Part shown: positions 40,370 through 49,869 of the stretch, piece after piece | How positions within the stretch are numbered: the stretch's first letter is position 1 | How the letters are laid out: every line of letters begins with the position of its first letter | Program-made: the position numbers and the translations under genes | Notes under the pieces: generated by a model | The model's input: only the letters and a program-made list of their open reading frames with translations | The model's database searches: none | Told to the model about the DNA's origin: nothing | DNA from: Thermodesulfovibrionales bacterium | GTDB lineage: Bacteria > Nitrospirota > Thermodesulfovibrionia > Thermodesulfovibrionales > SM23-35 | DNA: 64,000 nt | Assembly: GCA_963715195.1 (NCBI GenBank) | Contig: CAVQRT010000002.1 | Location: 192,001 to 256,000 of the forward strand | Direction: 5' to 3'

Positions 40370-41161
40370 ATGATGAAATTTCTCGATAATTTAGGCAGTC
40401 TTGGTCTGTACTACATTAATCAGATCGGGAGGATGGGGATATTTCTGGTTCTGGTCTGTATCAATATCGTCAAACCTCCGTACTATAAGATTTCGTACAT
40501 CACCAAACAGATTTACCACATTGGATCTCTGTCAATATTCGTTATCGTTTTCACCGGTGTCTTCGCCGGTATGGTACTCGGACTCCAGGGATATAATACC
40601 CTCCGCAAATTCGGCTCCGAAGGTTTTCTGGGATCGGCCGTTGCCCTGAGCCTCATCAGGGAACTGGGTCCCGTTCTGACCGCCCTGATGGTGACAGGCA
40701 GGGCAGGGTCCGCCATCTGTGCCGAGATTGGAATCATGCGCAATTCAGAACAGATCGATGCACTCGAATGCATGGCAATCGATCCTCACAATTACATCAT
40801 GGCACCAAAATTCATTGCTGCCGTTATTTCAATGCCCCTGCTTACCGCCATATTTGATGTAGTTGGCATCTTCGGCGGTTATTTGATAGGGGTAGTCCTC
40901 CTTGGAGCCAATGAAGGCGCTTATTTTCACAGCATGTACAAGAATGTGGAATATAATGACATTTCCATGGGCTTTATGAAATCCCTCTGTTTCGGCCTGC
41001 TTGTCGTCTGGATCTGCTCTGCGAAAGGGTATTTTGTCCATCTCGAAAGAAAGGGTGGGTTCGGTGCAGAAGGTGTCAGCAGGGCAACGACCAACGCTGT
41101 CGTTATGTCGTCAGTTGCAGTGCTTGTATTCGATTATTTCATAACGTCGGTTCTCATCTGA
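40370..41161 (+). CDS. mlaE: MlaE-family ABC permease
   Basis: RELGPVLTALMVTGRAGSA..AEIG.M...EQIDAL, GAEGVSRATT. Confidence 0.93.
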   Translation: MMKFLDNLGSLGLYYINQIGRMGIFLVLVCINIVKPPYYKISYITKQIYHIGSLSIFVIVFTGVFAGMVLGLQGYNTLRKFGSEGFLGSAVALSLIRELGPVLTALMVTGRAGSAICAEIGIMRNSEQIDALECMAIDPHNYIMAPKFIAAVISMPLLTAIFDVVGIFGGYLIGVVLLGANEGAYFHSMYKNVEYNDISMGFMKSLCFGLLVVWICSAKGYFVHLERKGGFGAEGVSRATTNAVVMSSVAVLVFDYFITSVLI

Positions 41162-41163
41162 AC

Positions 41164-41932
41164 ATGGAACCTATCATAGAGTTAATAAATGTGCGGAAAC
41201 AAGTTTGGCAGACAGGAAGTCCTGAAAGGGGTTAATCTCTCGATCTACGAGGGCAAAACAACCGTCATCGTTGGTGAGAGCGGGAAAGGGAAAAGCCTCG
41301 TTCTGAAACACATCCTCGGACTCATTAAACCCGATAGCGGCAAGGTTCTCGTATTCGGAAAGGACATGAACAAGATAGGGAGTAAAGAATTGAAGGATAT
41401 CCGGTCTCATTTCGGGGTACTTTTTCAAAATGCCGCTCTTTTTGACTCCATGACTGTATTCGACAATGTCGCATTGCCTTTGCGGGAGCGAACAAAGTTT
41501 TCGGAGGGGGAGATACAAAAAATTGTTGATGAAAAACTGCATTTGATGGATATCGAGGGAAGCAACGAGAAATACCCTGCCCAACTCAGCGGAGGTATGA
41601 GAAAGCGTGTTGGTCTTGCACGGGCCCTCGTTTTGAATCCCAAAATTGTTTTTTTCGACGAACCGACGACCGGACTCGATGTGGCAAAAAGCAATGAAAT
41701 ATACCGCGTTTTCCATCGGACACAGACTAAATTGGCATATACTGCCGTTATCGTCAGTCATGATGTTCCGAAAATTTTCAAACTTGCCGATTATGTAGCA
41801 TTGATCCATGAAGGCATTATTCAGGACTGTCTGACACCGGAAGATTTCCAGACTTCAGAAAATCCTGTAATCAGGGATTTCGTTACAGAGACTATGGGAC
41901 TCATCTATGAAAGTGAACAGGTGGAGGGTTGA
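41164..41932 (+). CDS. mlaF: MlaF-family ABC ATPase (apparent +1 frameshift near 41200)
   Basis: GESGKGKS, LSGGMRKRV, DEPTTGLD; natural N-terminus MEPIIELINVRK from ATG 41164 is one base out of frame. Confidence 0.88.
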
Positions 41933-41935
41933 ACA

Positions 41936-42385
41936 ATGAACAGACTAAATATTGAAACAGCGGTCGGCATCTTCATTATCATCGGCCTCGCATGCATGGC
42001 CTATCTTGCGGTCAAACTGGGAGATGTAAATCTCTTCGGTACTGAACAGTACGTGGTCAAGGCTCGTTTCACAAATATTGCAGGGCTCAAGGAGGGTTCA
42101 ACCGTTGAGATTGCAGGCGTTCAGGTCGGCAAAGTCTCCAAAATTTATCTCGATAATTATCAGGCGTTTGTTGACCTTATGATTAATCCCGGGATAAAAA
42201 TTCAGGAAGATGCCATCGCGAGCATCAGAACACAGGGCATTATTGGCGACAAGTATGTGAAGATCTCCCCGGGCGGTGCGGAAGAATACATCCAGCCGAA
42301 CGGCCTGCTGACCGAAACGGAATCAACGGTTGATATCGAAGAATTAGTCAGTAAATATATTTTCGAAAAGAAAGAAGAAAAATAG
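41936..42385 (+). CDS. mlaD: MlaD (MCE domain) protein
   Basis: TM anchor, F.NIAGLK.G..V.IAGV.VGKV, IRTQGIIGDKY. Confidence 0.93.
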   Translation: MNRLNIETAVGIFIIIGLACMAYLAVKLGDVNLFGTEQYVVKARFTNIAGLKEGSTVEIAGVQVGKVSKIYLDNYQAFVDLMINPGIKIQEDAIASIRTQGIIGDKYVKISPGGAEEYIQPNGLLTETESTVDIEELVSKYIFEKKEEK

Positions 42386-42439
42386 GATAATGATAGTTAG
42401 AAAACTATTAAACCGTTTTCCTAATCTACCAGAAACTCA

Positions 42440-42907
42440 ATGACTGATAACTCAACACATGGCAACCTCTGCAAATTCAGGGACGAGATACCGTTCTCTT
42501 TTCTGAATGAAGAGGACTTCGGGCAAATCGCTTGTTTTTTTGAATCGGTCACGTATCCTGCTAACACAATGATCTTCAAGGAAGGTGACCCCTCCGGTTT
42601 TATCGGGTTTGTTCTTTCCGGAAAACTGGAGGTCAAAAAACAGACCGAATTCAAAGGAAATCAACTGATCATAGCTATTCTGACAAAAGGGTCTCTCATC
42701 GGGGAGCTTTCGATCTTTGATGAGAATCAACGCTCAGCAACCGTTGAAGCCGTCGAAGATGCCTCGGTTCTGATACTGAGGAATGATGCATTTGAAGCGC
42801 TCCTGAAAGAATATCCGGAAATAGGGATTAAACTATTGAAAGGGTTTATCCGCATTCTGGCACTTCGTTTGCGCAAGACAACGGAAAGGCTTACGACAAT
42901 TTTCTGA
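42440..42907 (+). CDS. Stand-alone cyclic-nucleotide-binding domain protein
   Basis: IFKEGD, G.L.V.K, GELSIFD...RSAT; no HTH. Confidence 0.85.
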   Translation: MTDNSTHGNLCKFRDEIPFSFLNEEDFGQIACFFESVTYPANTMIFKEGDPSGFIGFVLSGKLEVKKQTEFKGNQLIIAILTKGSLIGELSIFDENQRSATVEAVEDASVLILRNDAFEALLKEYPEIGIKLLKGFIRILALRLRKTTERLTTIF

Positions 42908-42921
42908 TCACAAGAGAAAAG

Positions 42922-43758
42922 TCAGTCCTCAACTTTCTTTTTCCGGTACTGGAGATACGCATCACGGATTGAAACATAAGGGTCGATGGCTGATTTCTTG
43001 AGGTCCTCGTAGTCCCCAATCCGGAAAGAGGTTTCATTTACCTTATCATAAACCGTTATACCCACTGAGGCCTCAGTCGGATTCACGTAGTGAACGGGGT
43101 CCAAAAAACGGTCTCCGATCCGTCCGACTGTATCACGAAGGGATGAGGGGCCGAGGAACGGCCATACCAGGTAAAAACCATGCCCAATTCCGTAGCTGCC
43201 GAGTGTCTGGCCGAGATCTTCGTCCTGTTGCTTGATGCCGAGATCTTCCTTCGCTGCATCAACAAGCCCGCACACACCCGCTGTTGAGTTATAGACGAAA
43301 CGGAGCAGCTCATTTCCAGCATCTTTAATCTTGAACTGCAGGAGACTGCTCACGAAGCGTATAGGGGTTGTGATGTTGTTAAAAAAATTACTGACTGATA
43401 TTCTCGCATCCTCAGGAACAACAATCGAATACCCCTGGGCTAAAGGCTTCATAAGCCAGAAGTAGAGCTTATCATTCACATGATACATTGCCTTGTTCCA
43501 CGGATACAGGGGATCCGCAATCTGCAAGGCCTCTTCCTCCGCCTCTTCTTCGAAGATGTCGCCAGTATCATCAGCCGGGGGGTCGGCCGGCGGTTCTATT
43601 TCCGTCTCATCCATGGCATCTCTATCAGAAGACTTACTGATGTCATCATTCTGAACTGACGGTATACCTTCGGTTGTTGAGGCTATATCAGCAGATACCG
43701 GAAGAGGACTGAGCAGAAAAAAAATGAAGATCAGGGATAAAGGAATCATCGGTTTCAT
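42922..43758 (-). CDS. mlaA: VacJ/MlaA family protein
   Basis: DPL.PWN..M...ND, EDLGQTLG.YG...G.YLV.PFLGPSSLRD, DPY...RDAYLQ.R. Confidence 0.9.
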   Translation of the reverse strand: MKPMIPLSLIFIFFLLSPLPVSADIASTTEGIPSVQNDDISKSSDRDAMDETEIEPPADPPADDTGDIFEEEAEEEALQIADPLYPWNKAMYHVNDKLYFWLMKPLAQGYSIVVPEDARISVSNFFNNITTPIRFVSSLLQFKIKDAGNELLRFVYNSTAGVCGLVDAAKEDLGIKQQDEDLGQTLGSYGIGHGFYLVWPFLGPSSLRDTVGRIGDRFLDPVHYVNPTEASVGITVYDKVNETSFRIGDYEDLKKSAIDPYVSIRDAYLQYRKKKVED

Positions 43759-43764
43759 GATATT

Positions 43765-44367
43765 TTATGCCTTTCCGGCTTTCTTTCTCAGGGTATCAAG
43801 CAATCCTTCGGGTGATTTATTTCCGAGAATCTGTGAAAACTGGGTGCGATAATTACTGATCAGACTCACACCCTCAATAATAACATCATAGACCCTCCAT
43901 TCGTCTCCCTTCCGGATCATCCGGTAGGAAATCGGGATATCCGCTTTCTTCGTCAAGATCGTAGTCTGAACTTCCGTGGTTTTTTCTGAAAGCGGATTTT
44001 CCCTGTTAAAGAGAATCTTCTCATTGGTATACGACATTATCCTGTCAATATAAGCCCCTTCCAGAATTGATTTGTAGAGTTCGATGAATTCCTTCTGCTG
44101 TTCCGTCCCGAATCTTTTCCAATTCTGCCCCAAGGTCCTCCTCGAAAGCTCGGTGTAGTCGAACATCCTGTCTGAGATGGTCCGAATTTTGTCTTTCTTG
44201 ATCTTTGTCGCTGATTCTCCCTTGAGGGATGAGTCGCGCAATACATCAAGTACTCTGTCAACGTGCCCTTTAACCGTTTCAAGCGGGGTTCCGGCATAAG
44301 CTGCAATAGGGACATGCACCAATACAATGACGAGAACCAGCATACATAATCGTTGTTTCATATTCAC
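43765..44367 (-). CDS. mlaC: MlaC/Ttg2D periplasmic lipid shuttle
   Basis: Signal peptide, FD...LS...LG..W, W.VYDV.IEGVSL..NYR.QF. Confidence 0.9.
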   Translation of the reverse strand: MNMKQRLCMLVLVIVLVHVPIAAYAGTPLETVKGHVDRVLDVLRDSSLKGESATKIKKDKIRTISDRMFDYTELSRRTLGQNWKRFGTEQQKEFIELYKSILEGAYIDRIMSYTNEKILFNRENPLSEKTTEVQTTILTKKADIPISYRMIRKGDEWRVYDVIIEGVSLISNYRTQFSQILGNKSPEGLLDTLRKKAGKA

Positions 44368-44385
44368 CTCCTAAAAATCCACCTG

Positions 44386-44922
44386 TTATTCGATATTCTT
44401 GCGGAAGTTTTTCACAAGTGCTGAAAGATACTGAATAAGTTCTTCGCTTTTATTCCTCTCAAAAAGAATAGCATGTCGTGGTGTTTCGGGTGGTTTCAGT
44501 GATCCGAATATAACAATGTCGGCCACCTGAAGTATCTTTTCTGCACTCTTTTTGGTTTTTTCTTCAGAACCCGAAACAAAAATGACGACATCCGGCTGTA
44601 TGATCTCTATCGGACTATTGCCTTCGATGATAATACCTTCCAGATGAGCTAACATTCCAACTGCCACCGGCAGAATTTCCCTCAACTCTGAGTAAGGTGA
44701 CTTGACCCAGATTACACCGCCGGCACCGGCATCGAGAAACTTCTTTGTGTCTTTTCCTTCTTCAGAGATAACCGCCAAATCATCCACAATTGAAGCATAC
44801 AGGGATGTCTTTGTATATTTTATCGCTCCCCATTCATGAAATGATTTCAGAATAAGGGTTGCGACAGAGGTTTTACCGGCACCGCTGTGACTGCCGCCAA
44901 TGCCGATTATAACGGGTCGCAC
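44386..44922 (-). CDS. MobB-like P-loop NTPase, hypothetical
   Basis: GGSHSGAGKTS Walker A, GKDT..F..AGA..V, IIIEGNS; GTG start adjacent to topA stop. Confidence 0.65.
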   Translation of the reverse strand: MRPVIIGIGGSHSGAGKTSVATLILKSFHEWGAIKYTKTSLYASIVDDLAVISEEGKDTKKFLDAGAGGVIWVKSPYSELREILPVAVGMLAHLEGIIIEGNSPIEIIQPDVVIFVSGSEEKTKKSAEKILQVADIVIFGSLKPPETPRHAILFERNKSEELIQYLSALVKNFRKNIE

Positions 44923-44923
44923 A

Positions 44924-47329
44924 CTACGTCACACCGGTACCGACCGCCTCAGCATCCTGTTCCTTCCCCACTTCCTTGTAGCCGCACTCTTTCTTATGGC
45001 AGAAGAAGATCAGATCACCATTCTTATTGCGTTTTTCGAGGAGAAAATCGGCGCCGCACTGCGGGCAATTCCTGGAAACAGGTTTATACCATGTAGCAAA
45101 TGTGCACTGAGGATAATTCGCGCAGCTCCAGAACTGTTTTCCCCTTCTCGAACGCTTCTCAACAAGATCACCACCGTCTTTCGGGCATTGAATCCCGGTA
45201 GAGATGGGCTTGGTATTTTTGCACTCAGGATATCGTGCGCACGCGAGGAATTTTCCGAAGCGTCCGGATCTTATGACCATCGGCGAACCGCACTTTTCGC
45301 ACTGCTGGTCGGTCTGCTGGTAATGCTGTTCTCCTGTTTGCCCGTTGCTGTCTTCTCCCTCCTGAAGGATCGGTTTCGTATTCTTGCAGTTCGGGAATCC
45401 GGTGCAGGCCATGAACCTTCCATGCCGTCCCCACCGGTTGACCATGGGGAGCCCGCATTTTTCGCATACGATGTCAGTCGGAATATCCTGGGGTTTTACT
45501 TTGCCGACCGTTGTGAGAGCATTCGTCAGGTCACCATGGAATGGCTTGTAGAAATCCTTTACAACCTTTTCCCACTTTAGCTTGCCATCTTCAATATGGT
45601 CAAGTTCATCCTCCATTTTTGCAGTAAATTTGACATCAAAAAGCCCCTGAAACCTTTCAACGAGATAGTCATTGACAACGACGCCAAGTTCTGTCGGGGA
45701 GAATTTCCCTTCGGTCTTCTGCACATACTTTCTCTCCTGGATCGTAGACAGAATCGTAGCATACGTGCTCGGCCGTCCGATGCCTTTTTCTTCAAGCGCC
45801 TTCACGAGCGTTGCTTCTGTATAGCGGGGCGGGGGTTGAGTGAAATGCTGCTTTGGCAAAAGATTGAGCAGTCTGAGCACCTCTCCTTCTTTTAAAGTGG
45901 GGAGCGTCAGACCATTCTCCTCTTCCATTTCATCCCTGCCTTCCGTGTAAAGGGCCATGAATCCGTCGAAACGTACGACTGTTCCCGTTGTCCTGAATTC
46001 ATACGACGGAGATTCCTGAAGCTCTCCTATCCGTTCTTTTTCAGGTTTCTCGTGATGTTCCTTTTCCGAAGGGGAGGCAGTGGTATTATCATTGATGATA
46101 AATGTAGTCTGTTCCAGCTGTGCCGGCGCCATCTGACTCGAAAGGAAACGATTCCATATCAACATATAAAGGTTATATTGATCTTTCGAGAGAAATCGTT
46201 TAATGGTCTCCGGTTTCCTGTCAGCATATGTCGGCCTGATCGCTTCATGCGCCTCCTGTGCCGATGCCTTGCTTTTATAGACGGGCGGTTTTTCAGGAAC
46301 ATAGTCCCTTCCGAATACCGCCCCGATGAGGCTCCGTGCCCAATCCTGTGCCTCCGAAGCCACCCGGTGAGAATCTGTTCTCATGTAGGTAATAAGTCCG
46401 ACGGAACCTTCATCTCCGAGCTCAACTCCCTCGTACAGTTGCTGCGCTACCATCATGGTTTTCTTGGCCGTGAATTTCAATTTCCGGGCTGCTTCCTGCT
46501 GGAGAGTGCTGGTGATAAAAGGAGGGAATGGCATTTTCTTTCGCTGCTTCCGTTCTATTGTTTTCAATACAAAGGCTTTATGGCGCACATCTTCTGTGAT
46601 CTGTTTCGCGGCAGATTCATCAGGTATCAAGAACCGGGAGTCCTTTTCAGATTTCCGGTTCCCTTCCGTGGAATGACGATCTATTTTTGAAAGCCGTGCC
46701 CAGAAAGCGGGCAGGCTTGAACCTTCGAACTCTCCATTTATACTCCAGTATTCTTCCTGCTTGAACGCCCCGATTTCGCGTTCCCTGTCCACAATCAGTC
46801 GAACGGTGACAGACTGCACCCTTCCTGCGCTTAGCCCTCTGTGCACTTTCCGCCAGAGCAGTGGACTTAGGTTATACCCGACAAGCCTGTCGAGGATTCT
46901 CCTCGCCTGCTGAGCTTCAACCTTCCGCATGTCGATTTTCTGAGGATTGCTGACCGCTTCGCGTACAGCTCTCCCGGTGATCTCATTGAAAACAATCCGG
47001 TAGATCTTTTCATTCAGGTTCTTTGATTTCTTGCCCAAAATTTCAGTCGCAATATGCCATGCAATCGCCTCGCCTTCCCGGTCAGGGTCGGGCGCAAGGA
47101 GCACCATATCTGACTCCCGTGATGCCTTCCTGAGTTCCCTGATAATTTTTTCTTTTCCGGGAATGACAACGTACTGCGGCGTAAAATTGTTTTCCACATC
47201 AACACCGATCTCCTTTGTAGGCAGATCTTTTATGTGACCGATGGAAGCTTTTACCGTATACTCTTTCCCGAGTATTTTATGAATAGTCTTCGCCTTTGCA
47301 GGCGATTCAACAATGACTAAAGCATTCAT
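44924..47329 (-). CDS. topA: DNA topoisomerase I
   Basis: LVIVESPAKAK, DPDREGEAI, SAGRVQS, GLITYMRTDS, C-terminal zinc ribbons. Confidence 0.97.
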   Translation of the reverse strand: MNALVIVESPAKAKTIHKILGKEYTVKASIGHIKDLPTKEIGVDVENNFTPQYVVIPGKEKIIRELRKASRESDMVLLAPDPDREGEAIAWHIATEILGKKSKNLNEKIYRIVFNEITGRAVREAVSNPQKIDMRKVEAQQARRILDRLVGYNLSPLLWRKVHRGLSAGRVQSVTVRLIVDREREIGAFKQEEYWSINGEFEGSSLPAFWARLSKIDRHSTEGNRKSEKDSRFLIPDESAAKQITEDVRHKAFVLKTIERKQRKKMPFPPFITSTLQQEAARKLKFTAKKTMMVAQQLYEGVELGDEGSVGLITYMRTDSHRVASEAQDWARSLIGAVFGRDYVPEKPPVYKSKASAQEAHEAIRPTYADRKPETIKRFLSKDQYNLYMLIWNRFLSSQMAPAQLEQTTFIINDNTTASPSEKEHHEKPEKERIGELQESPSYEFRTTGTVVRFDGFMALYTEGRDEMEEENGLTLPTLKEGEVLRLLNLLPKQHFTQPPPRYTEATLVKALEEKGIGRPSTYATILSTIQERKYVQKTEGKFSPTELGVVVNDYLVERFQGLFDVKFTAKMEDELDHIEDGKLKWEKVVKDFYKPFHGDLTNALTTVGKVKPQDIPTDIVCEKCGLPMVNRWGRHGRFMACTGFPNCKNTKPILQEGEDSNGQTGEQHYQQTDQQCEKCGSPMVIRSGRFGKFLACARYPECKNTKPISTGIQCPKDGGDLVEKRSRRGKQFWSCANYPQCTFATWYKPVSRNCPQCGADFLLEKRNKNGDLIFFCHKKECGYKEVGKEQDAEAVGTGVT

Positions 47330-48411
47330 GCCAGATAAAACCTCTTTCCTGTAATTTGTTTCACGGCACCCTTCATCTCCAGTCCCAGCAGAACCCCGAG
47401 CACCTTTGATGCGGGCAAGCCGCTCTCCCTTGAAATGTCATCAATCTGCTTCGGCTCGCCTGAAAGGAACGTGCAGAGCCCCTTCTCGTTCTCCGTAATG
47501 TCGATAGCAGCCTTGCCGGCAGCCCTGATAAAGCCTTTCAGGACAGGGGCAAGTTCTTCGACAATATCGTTTGCATGCCTGACCATCGTTGCGCCCCTCC
47601 GGATGAGTTCATTGGTACCCGCCGAGTTTGACGATGTTACGTTGCCCGGGACTGCGAAAACTTCCCTCCCCTGATCCATCGCATATCGCGCTGTTATCAA
47701 TGCCCCGCTGTCCGAGCTTGCCTCCACAACCAGCACACCAAGAGAAAGCCCGCTGATAATTCGGTTCCTCCTGGGAAAGTTATCTTTATCAGGAGGGGTC
47801 CCGGGTGGGAATTCGCTGACGACGCTCCCTGATCCGGCAATTTTTTCCATCAATATTTTATTTTCGGGTGGATACGGCACATCGACTCCGGAGCCGAGCA
47901 CGGCAATAGTTCTTGCCCCTTTGCTCAGCGCTGCTTTATGCGCCAGTGAATCGACGCCCCGCGCCATCCCACTCACAACGGTAAACCCCGAGCGCGCAAG
48001 GTCCCCTGCAATAGTCTCCGCAACAGCAGCTCCGTAGTGTGTCAGGTTGCGCGACCCGACTACGGCAATTGAGTAGCGGTCCTGCGGGATAAGTGACCCC
48101 TTCATATAAAGGACAAGCGGAGCACTATCGGTTTCCCTGAGCATCTCCGGATAGGTTGGACTCTCAAAACTCACAGCCGTTATACCTTTCTGTTCAGCAA
48201 GCTGTACGAGTTTTTCCACATCCTTCCATGAAGAAAACTCCTTTATGCTCTTTGCCCTGTTTTTTCCTATATTCTCTATCTCGAGCAGTTCAACGAACTG
48301 CGCGTCAAAAATTTTCTCCGGGGTTCCGAAAGCCGAAAGTAATTTCTTTACACTTGCAGTCCCTACATCCGGCAACAGTGAGAGGGCAACCCAGTATCTT
48401 AAATCCGCCAT
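47326..48411 (-). CDS. dprA: DNA-processing protein DprA
   Basis: AVVGSR, VSGMARGVDS.AH, FPRRNRIISG, GREVFAVPG, C-terminal winged helix. Confidence 0.95.
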   Translation of the reverse strand: MADLRYWVALSLLPDVGTASVKKLLSAFGTPEKIFDAQFVELLEIENIGKNRAKSIKEFSSWKDVEKLVQLAEQKGITAVSFESPTYPEMLRETDSAPLVLYMKGSLIPQDRYSIAVVGSRNLTHYGAAVAETIAGDLARSGFTVVSGMARGVDSLAHKAALSKGARTIAVLGSGVDVPYPPENKILMEKIAGSGSVVSEFPPGTPPDKDNFPRRNRIISGLSLGVLVVEASSDSGALITARYAMDQGREVFAVPGNVTSSNSAGTNELIRRGATMVRHANDIVEELAPVLKGFIRAAGKAAIDITENEKGLCTFLSGEPKQIDDISRESGLPASKVLGVLLGLEMKGAVKQITGKRFYLA

Positions 48412-48439
48412 GACCACTTCTCATGCAATATATGAAATA

Positions 48440-49642
48440 TCATCTGATTAAGGGCTTTTTCAGAGTTGATAATTTTAAACGGAGGGCATTAATCTTAATG
48501 AACCCTGCAGCATCCCTCTGATCATATACTGCTTCCTTTTCAAACGTGGCAAGTTCGGGATTATATAATGAATATGGCGACTTCCTGCCCACCACTGAAG
48601 AACAGCCTTTGTAAAGTCTGACCCTTACCGTCCCCGTCACGTCCCTCTGTGTATCATCGATGAGATTCTGAAGGATTTTTCTTTCTGGTGAGAACCAGTA
48701 TCCGTAATAGACAAGCTCTGCATAACGCATGATGAGGGATTCCTTGAGATGCATGACTTCACGGTCAAGAACGATAGATTCCAGAGCCCTGTGAGCTGCG
48801 TGGAGCACGGTACCTCCGGGCGTTTCATACACCCCCCGTGATTTTATGCCAACATACCTGTTTTCAACGATATCGACTCTTCCGACGCCGTTTTCCCCCG
48901 CAATGGTGTTCAATCTGCTTAACAGGCGTGCTGGAGACATGCGCCGATTATTCACGGCAACGGGATTTCCTTTTTCATAGGAGACAGAAACATATACAGG
49001 CTTGTCAGGAGCCTTTTCCGGCGGCACCGTCATGTCATGCATATCGGCTGGCGGTTCCTGCCAGGGATCTTCAAGGATGCCTCCCTCATAGCTTATGTGG
49101 AAGAGATTCTGGTCAATGCTGTATGGTTTTTCCCTTGTCGCCGTAACCGGGATCCTGTGCTTCCTCGCGTATTGAATCAACGATTGTCTTGAATCAAATG
49201 GCCATTCCCTCCAAGGGGCTATCACGTGTATGTCCGGTTTAAGGGCATAATAGGTAAGTTCAAACCGAACCTGGTCATTTCCCTTGCCTGTCGCACCATG
49301 TGCCACAGACTGTGCATTCTCGGTTACCGCGATCTCTATCTGCTTTTTTGCTATCAGAGGGCGTGCAATAGAAGTCCCCAGGAGATACGATCCCTCATAG
49401 ACAGCATTTGCCCTCAGCATCGGGAATATGTAGTCTTTAACAAACTCCTCCCTCAAATCTTCCACGTACACTTTCGACGCACCCGTCCTGATCGCCTTTG
49501 CTCTGAGGACATCAAGATCCTCACCCTGCCCGAGATCTGCACAAAATGCAATAATCCGGGCTTTGTAGGCATTCTTCAACCAGTGTATCGCTACAGAGGT
49601 GTCGAGCCCACCGGAGTATGCAAGCACGATCTTGTTTGTCAT
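48440..49642 (-). CDS. argG: Argininosuccinate synthase
   Basis: [42 protein letters not shown]. Confidence 0.97.
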   Translation of the reverse strand: MTNKIVLAYSGGLDTSVAIHWLKNAYKARIIAFCADLGQGEDLDVLRAKAIRTGASKVYVEDLREEFVKDYIFPMLRANAVYEGSYLLGTSIARPLIAKKQIEIAVTENAQSVAHGATGKGNDQVRFELTYYALKPDIHVIAPWREWPFDSRQSLIQYARKHRIPVTATREKPYSIDQNLFHISYEGGILEDPWQEPPADMHDMTVPPEKAPDKPVYVSVSYEKGNPVAVNNRRMSPARLLSRLNTIAGENGVGRVDIVENRYVGIKSRGVYETPGGTVLHAAHRALESIVLDREVMHLKESLIMRYAELVYYGYWFSPERKILQNLIDDTQRDVTGTVRVRLYKGCSSVVGRKSPYSLYNPELATFEKEAVYDQRDAAGFIKINALRLKLSTLKKPLIR

Positions 49643-49781
49643 CATCATCCTCCGATACAGTATTTTTCAGACAGGGGAAGAGCATCTGCCCGGCAAAATA
49701 TAACGGTAGCACAAATGACGAAAAAAAGTAAAACCAGCAACCTTCCATTGTAAAGAGGCGTTGCGAACGATAAAACAATCC

Positions 49782-49866
49782 AGACAGGGGCCGAGGCTTT
49801 AAGAATCCAAGGATCCAAGTGTCTTAGAGATTTTCACTTGAACCCTTGCATCCTCGGCCCCTGTCT
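49782..49866. repeat. Long hairpin built from 8-mer repeats; possible terminator/attenuator after pilY1
   Basis: Perfect 15-bp arms AGACAGGGGCCGAGG / CCTCGGCCCCTGTCT, inner imperfect CAAGGATCCAAGTG / CACTTGAACCCTTG. Confidence 0.75.
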
Positions 49867-49869
49867 CTT

